Positions 23,679-31,489 are shown, counted from the stretch's first letter. The stretch: 32,000 nt of DNA from Cereibacter sphaeroides 2.4.1 (GCF_000012905.2 NC_007493.2:1080001-1112000), one strand, 5' to 3'. The notes: generated from the sequence alone by a model not told the origin. Program-made: numbers and translations.

Positions 23679-23713
23679 GCCGGCTGCGGGGGTTCGATGC
23701 CCCCGCGGCCGGC
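23679..23713 (+). other. 14-bp GC-rich hairpin in the acpP-fabF spacer
   Basis: GCCGGCTGCGGGGG (23679-23692) pairs with CCCCCGCGGCCGGC (23700-23713): 13 Watson-Crick pairs plus one G-U, with a 7-nt loop TTCGATG. No U-tract follows. Confidence 0.6.
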
Positions 23714-23728
23714 TCCTCCGGTACCGCA

Positions 23729-23746
23729 GGGTGCGGGGGGGGCGGG
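23729..23746 (+). other. G-quadruplex-type motif including a G8 homopolymer
   Basis: GGG TGC GGGGGGGG C GGG fits G3-N3-G3-N1-G3-N2-G3. It is on the sense strand about 120 nt upstream of the fabF ATG. Confidence 0.4.
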
Positions 23747-23863
23747 CCGGTCGGCCGGCGGACGGGCGCAGGGCGGTGGCTCCGCTTGTTGCGGAGGGCG
23801 GTAGGCGCGTGTAAGACCGCAACCCACATGGGCCCGACGACGGGCTGGCAGAGGAGTCATGGC

Positions 23864-25126
23864 ATGCGTCGAGTGGTTGTCACGGGGCTGGGCATGGTCA
23901 CGCCGCTGGCGTGCGGCGTCGAGGAGACCTGGAAGCGGCTGCTGGCCGGGCAGTCCGGCGCGGGTCCGATCCAGCGGTTCGACACGTCCAACGTGACCAC
24001 GCAATATGCCTGCGAGATCCCGGTGGGCGACGGCAGCGACGGCACCTTCAACGCCGACGACTGGATGGAGCCCAAGGACAGGCGCAAGGTCGACGATTTC
24101 ATCCTCTATGCCATGGCCGCGGCCACGCAGGCGGTGAAGGATTCCGGCTGGGAGCCGCAATCCGAGGAAGACCGCTGCCGCACGGGCGTGATGATCGGCT
24201 CGGGCATCGGCGGCCTCTCGGCCATCGCCGACACGGCCGTGCTCATCAAGGAAAAGGGGCCGAAGCGCGTCTCGCCCTTCTTCATCCCCTCGGCGCTCAT
24301 CAACCTGGCCTCGGGGCAGGTCTCGATCCGCTTCGGCTACAAGGGTCCGAACCATGCCGTCGTGACCGCCTGCTCGACCGGCGCCCATGCGATCGGCGAC
24401 GCGGCCCGGCTGATCCAGCTCGGCGATGCCGACGTGATGCTCGCGGGCGGCGCCGAGAGCCCGATCTCCGAGATCGGCATCGCGGGCTTCAACGCCTGCA
24501 AGGCGCTCTCGACCAAGCGGGGCAACGAGCCCGAGGCCGCCTCGCGGCCCTGGGACGCCGACCGCGACGGATTCGTGATGGGCGAGGGCGCGGGCGTCGT
24601 CGTGCTCGAGGAATATGAACATGCCAGGGCGCGCGGCGCCAAGATCTATGCCGAGGTGCTGGGCTACGGTCTTTCCGGCGATGCCTACCACATCACCGCC
24701 CCCTCGGAAGACGGGGACGGCGGCTTCCGCTCGATGACCATGGCGCTGAAGCGCGCGGGCCTCGAACCCTCGGCGGTCGACTATATCAACGCCCACGGCA
24801 CCTCGACCATGGCCGACGTGATCGAACTCGGCGCGGTCGAGCGGCTTCTGGGCGAGGCGGCGGCGGCGGCCACCATGTCCTCGACCAAGTCGAGCATCGG
24901 GCACCTGCTGGGCGCTGCGGGCGCGGTCGAGGCGATCTTCTGCGTGCTGGCCATCCGCGATCAGGTGGCGCCGCCCACGCTGAACCTCGACAACCCGGCC
25001 GTGGAGGCGAGGATCGACCTCGCACCCAAGGCGGCGCGCCCGCGCAAGATCGACGTGGCGCTATCGAATTCCTTCGGCTTCGGCGGCACGAACGCGTCGC
25101 TGGTGCTGGGACGGGTCACCTCGTGA
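23864..25126 (+). CDS. fabF: 3-oxoacyl-ACP synthase II, 420 aa
   Basis: Start at ATG 23864 (MRRVVVTGLGMVTPL) with GAGGAG 7 nt upstream. Active-site ACSTGAHAIG, NAHGTST, SNSFGFGGTNASL. Confidence 0.95.
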   Translation: MRRVVVTGLGMVTPLACGVEETWKRLLAGQSGAGPIQRFDTSNVTTQYACEIPVGDGSDGTFNADDWMEPKDRRKVDDFILYAMAAATQAVKDSGWEPQSEEDRCRTGVMIGSGIGGLSAIADTAVLIKEKGPKRVSPFFIPSALINLASGQVSIRFGYKGPNHAVVTACSTGAHAIGDAARLIQLGDADVMLAGGAESPISEIGIAGFNACKALSTKRGNEPEAASRPWDADRDGFVMGEGAGVVVLEEYEHARARGAKIYAEVLGYGLSGDAYHITAPSEDGDGGFRSMTMALKRAGLEPSAVDYINAHGTSTMADVIELGAVERLLGEAAAAATMSSTKSSIGHLLGAAGAVEAIFCVLAIRDQVAPPTLNLDNPAVEARIDLAPKAARPRKIDVALSNSFGFGGTNASLVLGRVTS

Positions 25127-26304
25127 TGTGGCGCTCCGTCGCCTCCAACGCGCTGACCCTCTTCATCGTGGTGCTGGTGGCGGCGGCCGGGTTGCTGGCC
25201 TGGGGACGGCAGGAATATACCGGCCCCGGCCCGCTCGCCGAGGCCGTCTGCCTGCGGGTGGAGCGGGGCGACTCGCTCTCGGTCGTGAGCCGCAGGCTCG
25301 AAGAGCAGGGCGCGGTCAGCGATGCGCGCATCTTCCGCATCGGCGCGGATTATTCCGATCAGGCCGCGGGGCTGAAGTTCGGCAGCTACCTGCTGCCGCC
25401 TCGGGCCTCGATGGGGGATATCCTCGACATCCTGACCGCGGGCGGCCAGTCGACCTGCGGGCGCGAGGTGAACTACCGGATCGGGGTGGTGGCGGCCGAG
25501 ATCATCCTGCGCGAGTTCGACGCGGCCGCCGGCCGCTATGTCGAAGTGGCGAAGTTCGTGCCCGGCGAAGGCGAGGCGCCCGAGGCCTATGCGGAGGCGG
25601 CCGAGGAGGGCGACCTGCGCTGGCGCGTGACGCTTGCCGAAGGGGTGACGAGCTGGCAGGTGGTCGAGAGCCTGCGCAGGGCCGAGTTCCTTCAGGGCGA
25701 GATCAAGGAGGTTCCCCCCGAAGGATCGCTCGCCCCCGACAGCTACGAGGTGGCCCGCGGCGACGACCGGGCGGCGCTTCTGGCGCAGATGCAGGACCGT
25801 CAGGCCCGCATCATCGCCGAACTCTGGGCCGCGCGTTCGGCGGATGTGCCCTATGCCACGCCGGAAGAGGCGATGGTCATGGCGAGCATCGTCGAGAAGG
25901 AGACCGGCATCGCGAGCGAGCGGCCGCAGGTGGCGAGCGTCTTCGTCAACCGCCTGGCCCAGGGGATGCGGCTGCAGACCGACCCCACGGTGATCTACGG
26001 CCTGACCGAGGGCAAGGGCGTGCTGGGGCGCGGCCTGCGCCAGAGCGAGCTGCGCCGCCGGACCGATTACAACACCTATGTGATCGACGGGCTGCCGCCC
26101 ACGCCCATCGCCAACCCGGGGCGGCTCTCGATCGAGGCGGCGCTCAACCCGGCCGAGACCGACTATCTCTATTTCGTGGCCGATGGCAGCGGCGGGCACG
26201 CCTTCGCCACCACGCTGGCCGAGCACAACCGCAACGTGGCCGCGTGGCGCAAGATCGAGGCCGAGCGCGGGATGCCTCCGCCGGTGGGCATCCAGGGCGA
26301 GTGA
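25123..26304 (+). CDS. mltG: endolytic murein transglycosylase MltG (YceG family), ~392 aa
   Basis: N-terminal TM (LTLFIVVLVAAAGLLAW). ASIVEKETG catalytic region, YNTYVIDGLPPTPIANPG, DYLYFVADG. The start is GTG 25123 or ATG 25126, both overlapping the fabF stop. Confidence 0.9.
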   Translation: MMWRSVASNALTLFIVVLVAAAGLLAWGRQEYTGPGPLAEAVCLRVERGDSLSVVSRRLEEQGAVSDARIFRIGADYSDQAAGLKFGSYLLPPRASMGDILDILTAGGQSTCGREVNYRIGVVAAEIILREFDAAAGRYVEVAKFVPGEGEAPEAYAEAAEEGDLRWRVTLAEGVTSWQVVESLRRAEFLQGEIKEVPPEGSLAPDSYEVARGDDRAALLAQMQDRQARIIAELWAARSADVPYATPEEAMVMASIVEKETGIASERPQVASVFVNRLAQGMRLQTDPTVIYGLTEGKGVLGRGLRQSELRRRTDYNTYVIDGLPPTPIANPGRLSIEAALNPAETDYLYFVADGSGGHAFATTLAEHNRNVAAWRKIEAERGMPPPVGIQGE

Positions 26305-26318
26305 CGGCCGGACAATCC

Positions 26319-26333
26319 TTACCGAAAGGTTAA
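26319..26333 (+). promoter_or_regulatory. CtrA-box-like motif TTAC-N7-TTAA (alternatively a small GAAA-loop hairpin)
   Basis: TTACCGAAAGGTTAA, 15 nt after the mltG stop and about 170 nt upstream of GTA g1. TTAA-containing strings are rare in this GC-rich DNA. The same bases can fold as CCTTACC-GAAA-GGT(T)AAGG. Confidence 0.35.
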
Positions 26334-26374
26334 GGGGTCGTCCGCCAAGCCATTGAGGACACTGGATTTTCCGC

Positions 26375-26403
26375 TTGACCTGGCGGGCGGTCCGATGTAT
26401 CCC
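26375..26403 (+). promoter_or_regulatory. candidate -35/-10 promoter for the GTA cluster
   Basis: TTGACC (26375-26380), 17-nt spacer, TATCCC (26398-26403). The -10 is weak, which would fit an activator-dependent promoter. Confidence 0.25.
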
Positions 26404-26430
26404 TTGTGACAGGATGGAAGAGGTGGGCAA

Positions 26431-26464
26431 GCGGCACGGGGCAACCCGGGGCCGCTTTTCCTTT
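26431..26464 (+). terminator. intrinsic-terminator-like hairpin plus T-tract in the leader of GTA g1
   Basis: GCGGC/GCCGC and CGGG/CCCG stems separated by a small internal loop and capped by GCAA (26431-26455). They are followed by TTTTCCTTTG (26456-26465), about 36 nt upstream of the g1 ATG. Confidence 0.5.
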
Positions 26465-26500
26465 GTCCGGCCGAGCCTCGGGAGGCGAAAGCAGCAGCGC

Positions 26501-26818
26501 ATGACGATCGTCGACAAAGCCCCGCCAGTGGACCTGCTGGCGGAGACGGAGAAGCTTTACCGCGAGGCGGCCGAGGATCTGGTCCGCGCGCGACGGAAGC
26601 TGTCGGAAGGCCGTGCCGAGGAAGTCCGGGCCGCCGTGCAGGCGGTGAAGGACCTCAAGGCCGCGCTTCAACTGGTGATGGATGAAAGGGCGAGGGTTGA
26701 AAAGCTACGCAGAACCGCGGGCGGCATCGTGCATGACTACGCCCTCGACTTCGACGCGGCCCGACGTGAGATCGGGCGCCGGCTGGCTCGCCTCCGCGAC
26801 GCCGGACAAGGTGGATGA
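26501..26818 (+). CDS. GTA g1-like protein (small terminase candidate), 105 aa
   Basis: Start at ATG 26501 (MTIVDKAPPVDLL) with GGGAGG upstream. Small, charged and helical (EKLYREAAEDLVRARRKL). It occupies the position directly before the large terminase, as RcGTA g1 does. Confidence 0.7.
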   Translation: MTIVDKAPPVDLLAETEKLYREAAEDLVRARRKLSEGRAEEVRAAVQAVKDLKAALQLVMDERARVEKLRRTAGGIVHDYALDFDAARREIGRRLARLRDAGQGG

Positions 26819-28109
26819 GTTTCTGGGTCAACTGAGCGCGAATGCGTTGCTCGCGCTGCCCTGGATGTTCGAGTTCTGGGCGCTGCCGCACCAGCTTCCG
26901 CCCGAAGGGGTCTGGAAGAGCTGGGTGGTGATGGGCGGCCGCGGCGCGGGCAAGACCCGGGCGGGCGCGGAATGGGTGCGGGCCGAGGTCGAGGGCGCGC
27001 GTCCCGGCGATCCGGGGCGGTCGCGCCATGTGGCGCTGGTGGGCGAGACGATCGATCAGGCGCGCGAGGTGATGGTCTTCGGCGAGAGCGGGATCCTCGC
27101 CTGCTCGCCGCCCGACCGGCGGCCCGAATGGGAGGCGGGGCGCAGGCGGCTCGTCTGGCCGAACGGGGCGGTGGCGCAGATCTTCTCGGCCCACGACCCC
27201 GAGAGCCTTCGGGGGCCGCAGTTCGATGCGGCCTGGGCCGACGAACTGGCGAAGTGGGGCCGGGCCGAGGAGGCCTGGGACATGCTGCAGTTCTCGCTGC
27301 GGCTGGGCGATCAGCCGCGGCAGGTGGTGACGACGACGCCGCGCAACGTGCCGGTCTTGCGCCATATCCTCGACAATCCCTCGACGGTGATGACCCATGC
27401 GCCGACGGAGGCGAACCGGGCCTATCTCGCCCGGTCGTTTCTGGCCGAGGTCCATGCCCGCTACGACGGCACGCGGCTCGGGCGGCAGGAGCTGGAGGGG
27501 CTGCTGCTGGAGGATGTGGAGGGCGCGCTCTGGACCACGGCGCGGATCGAGGCCTCGAGGCTGGAGGAGCCGGGGCCGCTCGACCGGATCGTGGTGGCGG
27601 TGGACCCGCCGGTGACGGGGACCGAGGCGTCGGACGAATGCGGCATCCTCGTCGTGGGCGCGCGGACGGCCGGCCCGCCGCAGGACTGGCGGGCGGTGGT
27701 GCTGGAGGATGCCTCGGTGAGCGCCGCGAGCCCGGATCGCTGGGCACGGGCGGCGCTCGAGGCGCTGGCGCGTCACGGGGCCGACCGGCTGGTGGCGGAG
27801 GTCAATCAGGGCGGCGATCTGGTCGAGGCGGTGATCCGGCAGATCGACCCGCTGGTGCCGTTCCGGGCGGTGCATGCCTCGCGCGGGAAGGCCGCCCGGG
27901 CCGAGCCGGTGGCCGCGCTCTACGAGCAGGGGCGGGTGCGCCATCTGCGGGGCCTGGGCGAGCTCGAAGAGCAGATGTGCCGGATGACGCTGCGCGGCTA
28001 CGAGGGCCGCGGCTCGCCCGACCGGGTCGATGCGCTGGTCTGGGCGGTGACGGAGCTGATGATCGAGCCGGCGCGCGCCTGGGTCTATCCGAGGCTGCGC
28101 CGGCTCTAG
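26811..28109 (+). CDS. GTA large terminase (g2-like), ~432 aa; start uncertain
   Basis: LPWMFEFWALPHQ and Walker A VMGGRGAGKTRAGAEW; C-terminal nuclease region with GGDLV. In-frame start candidates are GTG 26811 (8-nt overlap with g1), ATG 26733 and ATG 26682. Confidence 0.88.
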   Translation: MDEFLGQLSANALLALPWMFEFWALPHQLPPEGVWKSWVVMGGRGAGKTRAGAEWVRAEVEGARPGDPGRSRHVALVGETIDQAREVMVFGESGILACSPPDRRPEWEAGRRRLVWPNGAVAQIFSAHDPESLRGPQFDAAWADELAKWGRAEEAWDMLQFSLRLGDQPRQVVTTTPRNVPVLRHILDNPSTVMTHAPTEANRAYLARSFLAEVHARYDGTRLGRQELEGLLLEDVEGALWTTARIEASRLEEPGPLDRIVVAVDPPVTGTEASDECGILVVGARTAGPPQDWRAVVLEDASVSAASPDRWARAALEALARHGADRLVAEVNQGGDLVEAVIRQIDPLVPFRAVHASRGKAARAEPVAALYEQGRVRHLRGLGELEEQMCRMTLRGYEGRGSPDRVDALVWAVTELMIEPARAWVYPRLRRL

Positions 28110-28166
28110 ATCCGGCCCCGCAGGCGACGCGAGCCGCGCCCGGCAGGGGCGCATGTCCGCGCGACA

Positions 28167-29357
28167 ATGGAGTTCTTGCTGATGCTGTTCGACTTCCTGA
28201 GGAAACCGGCACGCGCCCCGACGCCCGAGCGCAAGGCCTCGGCCACGGGGCCGGTGGTGGGCTGGAGCACGGGGCGCGTGGCCTGGAGCGCGCGGGACAT
28301 GGTGTCGCTGACCCGGAACGGGTTTCTGGGCAATCCGATCGCCTTCCGGTCGGTCAAGCTGATCTCGGAGGCGGCGGCCGCGCTGCCTCTGGTTCTGCAG
28401 GATGCGGGGCGGCGCTACGAGAGCCACCCGATGCTGGATCTGATCGCGCGGCCGAACCCGTTGCAGGGGCGGGCCGAGCTGCTCGAGGCGCTCTATGCGC
28501 AGCTTCTGCTGACGGGGAACGCCTATCTCGAGGCGGTGGCCGGATCGGCGCGGCTGCCGGGAGAGCTGCATCTCCTGCGCTCGGACCGGATGAGCCTCGT
28601 GCCGGGGCCGGACGGGTGGCCGGTGGCCTACGATTATGCGGTGGGCGGGCGGCGCATCCGCTTCGACATGACGGCGGCGCGCCTGCCGATCTGCCATATC
28701 CGCACCTTCCATCCGCAGGACGATCATTACGGCTTCTCGCCGCTGCAGGCGGCGGCCGTGGCGCTCGACGTGCATGTGGCGGCCTCGGCCTGGTCGAAGG
28801 CCTTGCTCGACAATGCCGCCCGGCCCTCGGGGGCCATCGTCTATCGCGGCTCGGACGGGCAGGGAACCCTGTCCTCGGATCAGTATGACCGGCTGGTGGG
28901 CGAGATCGAGGCCAACCATCAGGGCGCGCGCAATGCGGGGCGGCCGATGCTGCTGGAGGGCGGGCTCGACTGGAAGCCGATGGGCTTCTCGCCCTCCGAC
29001 ATGGAGTTTCACACCACCAAGGAGGCCGCGGCGCGCGAGATCGCCATCGCCTTCGGCGTGCCGCCGATGCTGCTCGGCATCCCCGGCGAGGCGACCTATG
29101 CCAATTATCAGGAGGCGCACCGGGCCTTCTACCGGCTGACGGTGCTGCCGCTGGCGGCGAAGGTCACGGCCACGTTGTCGCACTGGCTCGGCAGTTTCAG
29201 CGGCGAGGCGGTGGAGCTGCGGCCCGACCTCGATCAGGTGCCGGCGCTGGCGGCGGAACGGGATCAGCAGTGGGCGCGGGTCGCCGCGGCGGATTTTCTG
29301 ACGGAGGCCGAGAAGCGGACGCTCCTCGGCCTGCCGAGGATCGCGAAGGAGGAGTGA
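28167..29357 (+). CDS. HK97-family portal protein (GTA g3-like), ~391-396 aa
   Basis: Portal-type sequence (GNPIAFRSVKLISEAAAALPLVL, LLLTGNAYLE, FSPLQAA, EFHTTKEAAAREIAIAFGVPPMLLG). The alternative start ATG 28182 has a better SD (TGGAG). Confidence 0.9.
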   Translation: MEFLLMLFDFLRKPARAPTPERKASATGPVVGWSTGRVAWSARDMVSLTRNGFLGNPIAFRSVKLISEAAAALPLVLQDAGRRYESHPMLDLIARPNPLQGRAELLEALYAQLLLTGNAYLEAVAGSARLPGELHLLRSDRMSLVPGPDGWPVAYDYAVGGRRIRFDMTAARLPICHIRTFHPQDDHYGFSPLQAAAVALDVHVAASAWSKALLDNAARPSGAIVYRGSDGQGTLSSDQYDRLVGEIEANHQGARNAGRPMLLEGGLDWKPMGFSPSDMEFHTTKEAAAREIAIAFGVPPMLLGIPGEATYANYQEAHRAFYRLTVLPLAAKVTATLSHWLGSFSGEAVELRPDLDQVPALAAERDQQWARVAAADFLTEAEKRTLLGLPRIAKEE

Positions 29358-29358
29358 G

Positions 29359-29592
29359 ATGGATCAGGGCGGCTCCCGGTTCCTGTTTCAGAGCTTCGAC
29401 GCGGCCCATGCCCGGATCGAGGCCAACGAGCGGGTCGCGGGCGAACGCTGGACGGCGCTCGATTTCCGCCTAGGCCGGATCGAGAACGGGCTGGAGCGGG
29501 TGGAGCAACGGATGTGGCTCTGGCTCTACGGTGTCGCGGCCTTCCTGCTGATGCAGGGGGCGGAGGCCGTCGTGCGGGCCCTTTTGGAGTGA
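29359..29592 (+). CDS. small GTA protein in the g3.5 position, 77 aa, C-terminal TM helix
   Basis: Strong SD GAAGGAGGAG immediately upstream, and tightly packed between portal and protease. Hydrophobic segment MWLWLYGVAAFLLMQGAEAVV. No function is recognisable. Confidence 0.65.
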   Translation: MDQGGSRFLFQSFDAAHARIEANERVAGERWTALDFRLGRIENGLERVEQRMWLWLYGVAAFLLMQGAEAVVRALLE

Positions 29593-29596
29593 GCGG

Positions 29597-30160
29597 ATGC
29601 GAATGAGGGACGAATTCGGTGCGCCCGAACGGAAGTTTCACCGGCCCGAGACCGGGCTCGTCTTGTCCGAGGGCTCGGTGATCGAGGGCTATGCGTCGAT
29701 CTTCGGGCGGGCGGACAACGGCGGCGACGTGGTGGCGCGCGGCGCCTATGCCGCCTCGCTCGAGGCCATGCGGGCGCAGGGGCGGCGGGCGAAGATGCTC
29801 TGGCAGCACGACCCGGCCGAGGTGATCGGCGTCTGGGACGAGGTGCACGAGGACGAGACCGGCCTGTGGGTCAGAGGCCATATCCTGCCCGAGATCGGAC
29901 GGGGCCGGGAAGCCGCCGCGCTGATTGCGGCGAAGGCGCTCGACGGGCTGTCGATCGGCTACCGGACGGTGCGCGCCGAGCGGGATGCCAAGGGTCGGCG
30001 GCTGCTGACCGAGATCGAGCTCTGGGAGGTCTCGCTCGTCACCTTCCCGATGCTGCCCGAGGCGCGGGTCGCCGCCAAGGGCGAGGACCGTGACGGGCTG
30101 GACTGGCAGGACATCGCCGACCTCTTCGAGGACGCCCGGCGAAGCCTCTCCGGGGGCTGA
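29597..30160 (+). CDS. HK97-family prohead protease (GTA g4-like), 187 aa
   Basis: GYASIFGRADNGGDVVARGAY, MLWQHD, LSIGY, WEVSLVTFP. Lies between portal and capsid. Confidence 0.9.
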   Translation: MRMRDEFGAPERKFHRPETGLVLSEGSVIEGYASIFGRADNGGDVVARGAYAASLEAMRAQGRRAKMLWQHDPAEVIGVWDEVHEDETGLWVRGHILPEIGRGREAAALIAAKALDGLSIGYRTVRAERDAKGRRLLTEIELWEVSLVTFPMLPEARVAAKGEDRDGLDWQDIADLFEDARRSLSGG

Positions 30161-30225
30161 ACAGGAGGCCGGACCGGGAAGCTCCGCGCCTGACCCGAAC
30201 CACCGCAAGTCAGAGGAAGACGAGG

Positions 30226-31422
30226 ATGACCGAGACCTGGGCTCGGGCCGGGACAGGCATGTCCGCAGGCCCCGATCCGGCCGTGGAGGCGAAAGCCGCA
30301 ATGGCCGGTTTCCTGAAGGAGATCAATCGCTTTCAGGAGGAGGTGAAGAATGTGCTGCAACAACAGGAAGAGCGTTTGACCATGCTGGACCGCAAAACCA
30401 TGATCTACGGGCGCCCGGCGCTGGCGGCCGCGGCCGACCAGGAGGCGCCGCATCGCAAGGCGTTCGGGGCCTATCTCCGCTCGGGCGACGACGACGGTCT
30501 GCGCGGCCTCGTCCTCGAGGGCAAGGCGATGACGGCGAGCGTCGCCTCGGACGGCGGCTATCTGGTCGATCCGCAGACCTCGGACGCCATCCGCTCGATG
30601 TTGCTGTCCACGGCCTCGATCCGTCAGATCGCCGGTGTGGTCCATGTGGAAGCCACGAGCTTCGACGTGCTGATCGACCGCACTGAGGTGGGGTCGGGCT
30701 GGGCCACGGAGGCCGCCACGATCAGCGAAAGCGCCTCGCCCACCATCGAGCGGATCTCGATCAAGCTGCACGAACTGTCGGCGATGCCGAAGGCGAGCCA
30801 GCGGCTTCTGGACGACTCGGCCTTCGACGTCGAGAGCTGGCTGGCGGGCAAGATCGCGACGCGCTTCATGCGGGCCGAGAGCGCGGCCTTCGTCAGCGGC
30901 GACGGGATCGACAAGCCGCGGGGCTTTCTGGCGCCGGCGAAGGTTGCGAACGCGAGCTGGAGCTGGGGCTCGATCGGCTATGTCCCCTCGGGTGCGGCGA
31001 GCGATTTCCTCGCCACGAACCCGGCCGATTGTATCATCACCCTGATCTATTCGCTCGGCGCCGATTACCGCGCGAATGCGACCTTCGTGATGAATTCGAA
31101 GACCGCGGGCGCGGTGCGGAAGATGAAGGACTCGGACGGCCGCTTCCTGTGGTCGGACGGGCTGGCGGCGGCGGAGCCTGCGCGGCTGATGGGATATCCG
31201 GTTCTGCTGTGCGAGGACATGCCGGACATTGCCGCGGGCGCCTTTGCCATCGCTTTCGGGGATTTCGCCGCCGGCTACACGATCGCCGAGCGGCCCGAGG
31301 TGCGGGTCCTGCGCGATCCGTTCTCGGCCAAGCCCCATGTCCTCTTCTATGCGACGAAGCGCGTGGGAGGCGATGTCAGCGACTATGCGGCGATCAAGCT
31401 CCTGAAGATCGCGGTGTCCTGA
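30226..31422 (+). CDS. HK97-fold major capsid protein (GTA g5-like), 398 aa
   Basis: N-terminal coiled scaffold-like region (FLKEINRFQEEVKNVLQQQEERL), then SDGGYLV, KLHELSAMPKASQRLLDDS, FVSGDGIDKPRGFL, FAAGYTIAER. Confidence 0.92.
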   Translation: MTETWARAGTGMSAGPDPAVEAKAAMAGFLKEINRFQEEVKNVLQQQEERLTMLDRKTMIYGRPALAAAADQEAPHRKAFGAYLRSGDDDGLRGLVLEGKAMTASVASDGGYLVDPQTSDAIRSMLLSTASIRQIAGVVHVEATSFDVLIDRTEVGSGWATEAATISESASPTIERISIKLHELSAMPKASQRLLDDSAFDVESWLAGKIATRFMRAESAAFVSGDGIDKPRGFLAPAKVANASWSWGSIGYVPSGAASDFLATNPADCIITLIYSLGADYRANATFVMNSKTAGAVRKMKDSDGRFLWSDGLAAAEPARLMGYPVLLCEDMPDIAAGAFAIAFGDFAAGYTIAERPEVRVLRDPFSAKPHVLFYATKRVGGDVSDYAAIKLLKIAVS

Positions 31423-31461
31423 GGGCCCCGCGGACGGCCGCCCTCGCACGGGGCGCAGCGG

Positions 31462-31489
31462 GCGCGCGCCGGCTTCGTCCGGCGCGCGC
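31462..31489 (+). other. perfect 11-bp all-GC hairpin between capsid and adaptor genes
   Basis: GCGCGCGCCGG (31462-31472) pairs with CCGGCGCGCGC (31479-31489) around the loop CTTCGT. No T-tract follows. Confidence 0.6.

Noticed and set aside
23449-23814. 121-aa (+) ORF, plus overlapping 107-aa and fabF-extension frames, inside the acpP-fabF spacer as possible hidden genes
   Set aside because: All three frames give Arg/Gly/Ala repeats (RRRRRP, GGGG). There is no SD at the ATG, and the strong AGGAGGAGG at 23581 has no start codon within range. The region is treated as non-coding RNA or regulatory DNA.
22020-23829. Minus-strand ORFs of 600 aa and 265 aa spanning fabG, acpP and the acpP-fabF spacer
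   Set aside because: Pro/Arg/Ala-rich junk translations that are antisense to fabG and acpP. There is no start context or motif.
26375-26500. Upstream extension of the g1 ORF from TTG 26375 (MTWRAVRCIPCDR...)
   Set aside because: It spans the terminator-like hairpin and the candidate promoter and has a basic nonsense composition. ATG 26501, with GGGAGG upstream, gives a typical small helical protein.
26655-29183. 842-aa minus-strand ORF, and the 26972-28888 (+) 638-aa ORF, overlapping the GTA terminase and portal genes
   Set aside because: Low-complexity Arg/Gly/Pro translations. The terminase and portal frames carry clear family motifs.
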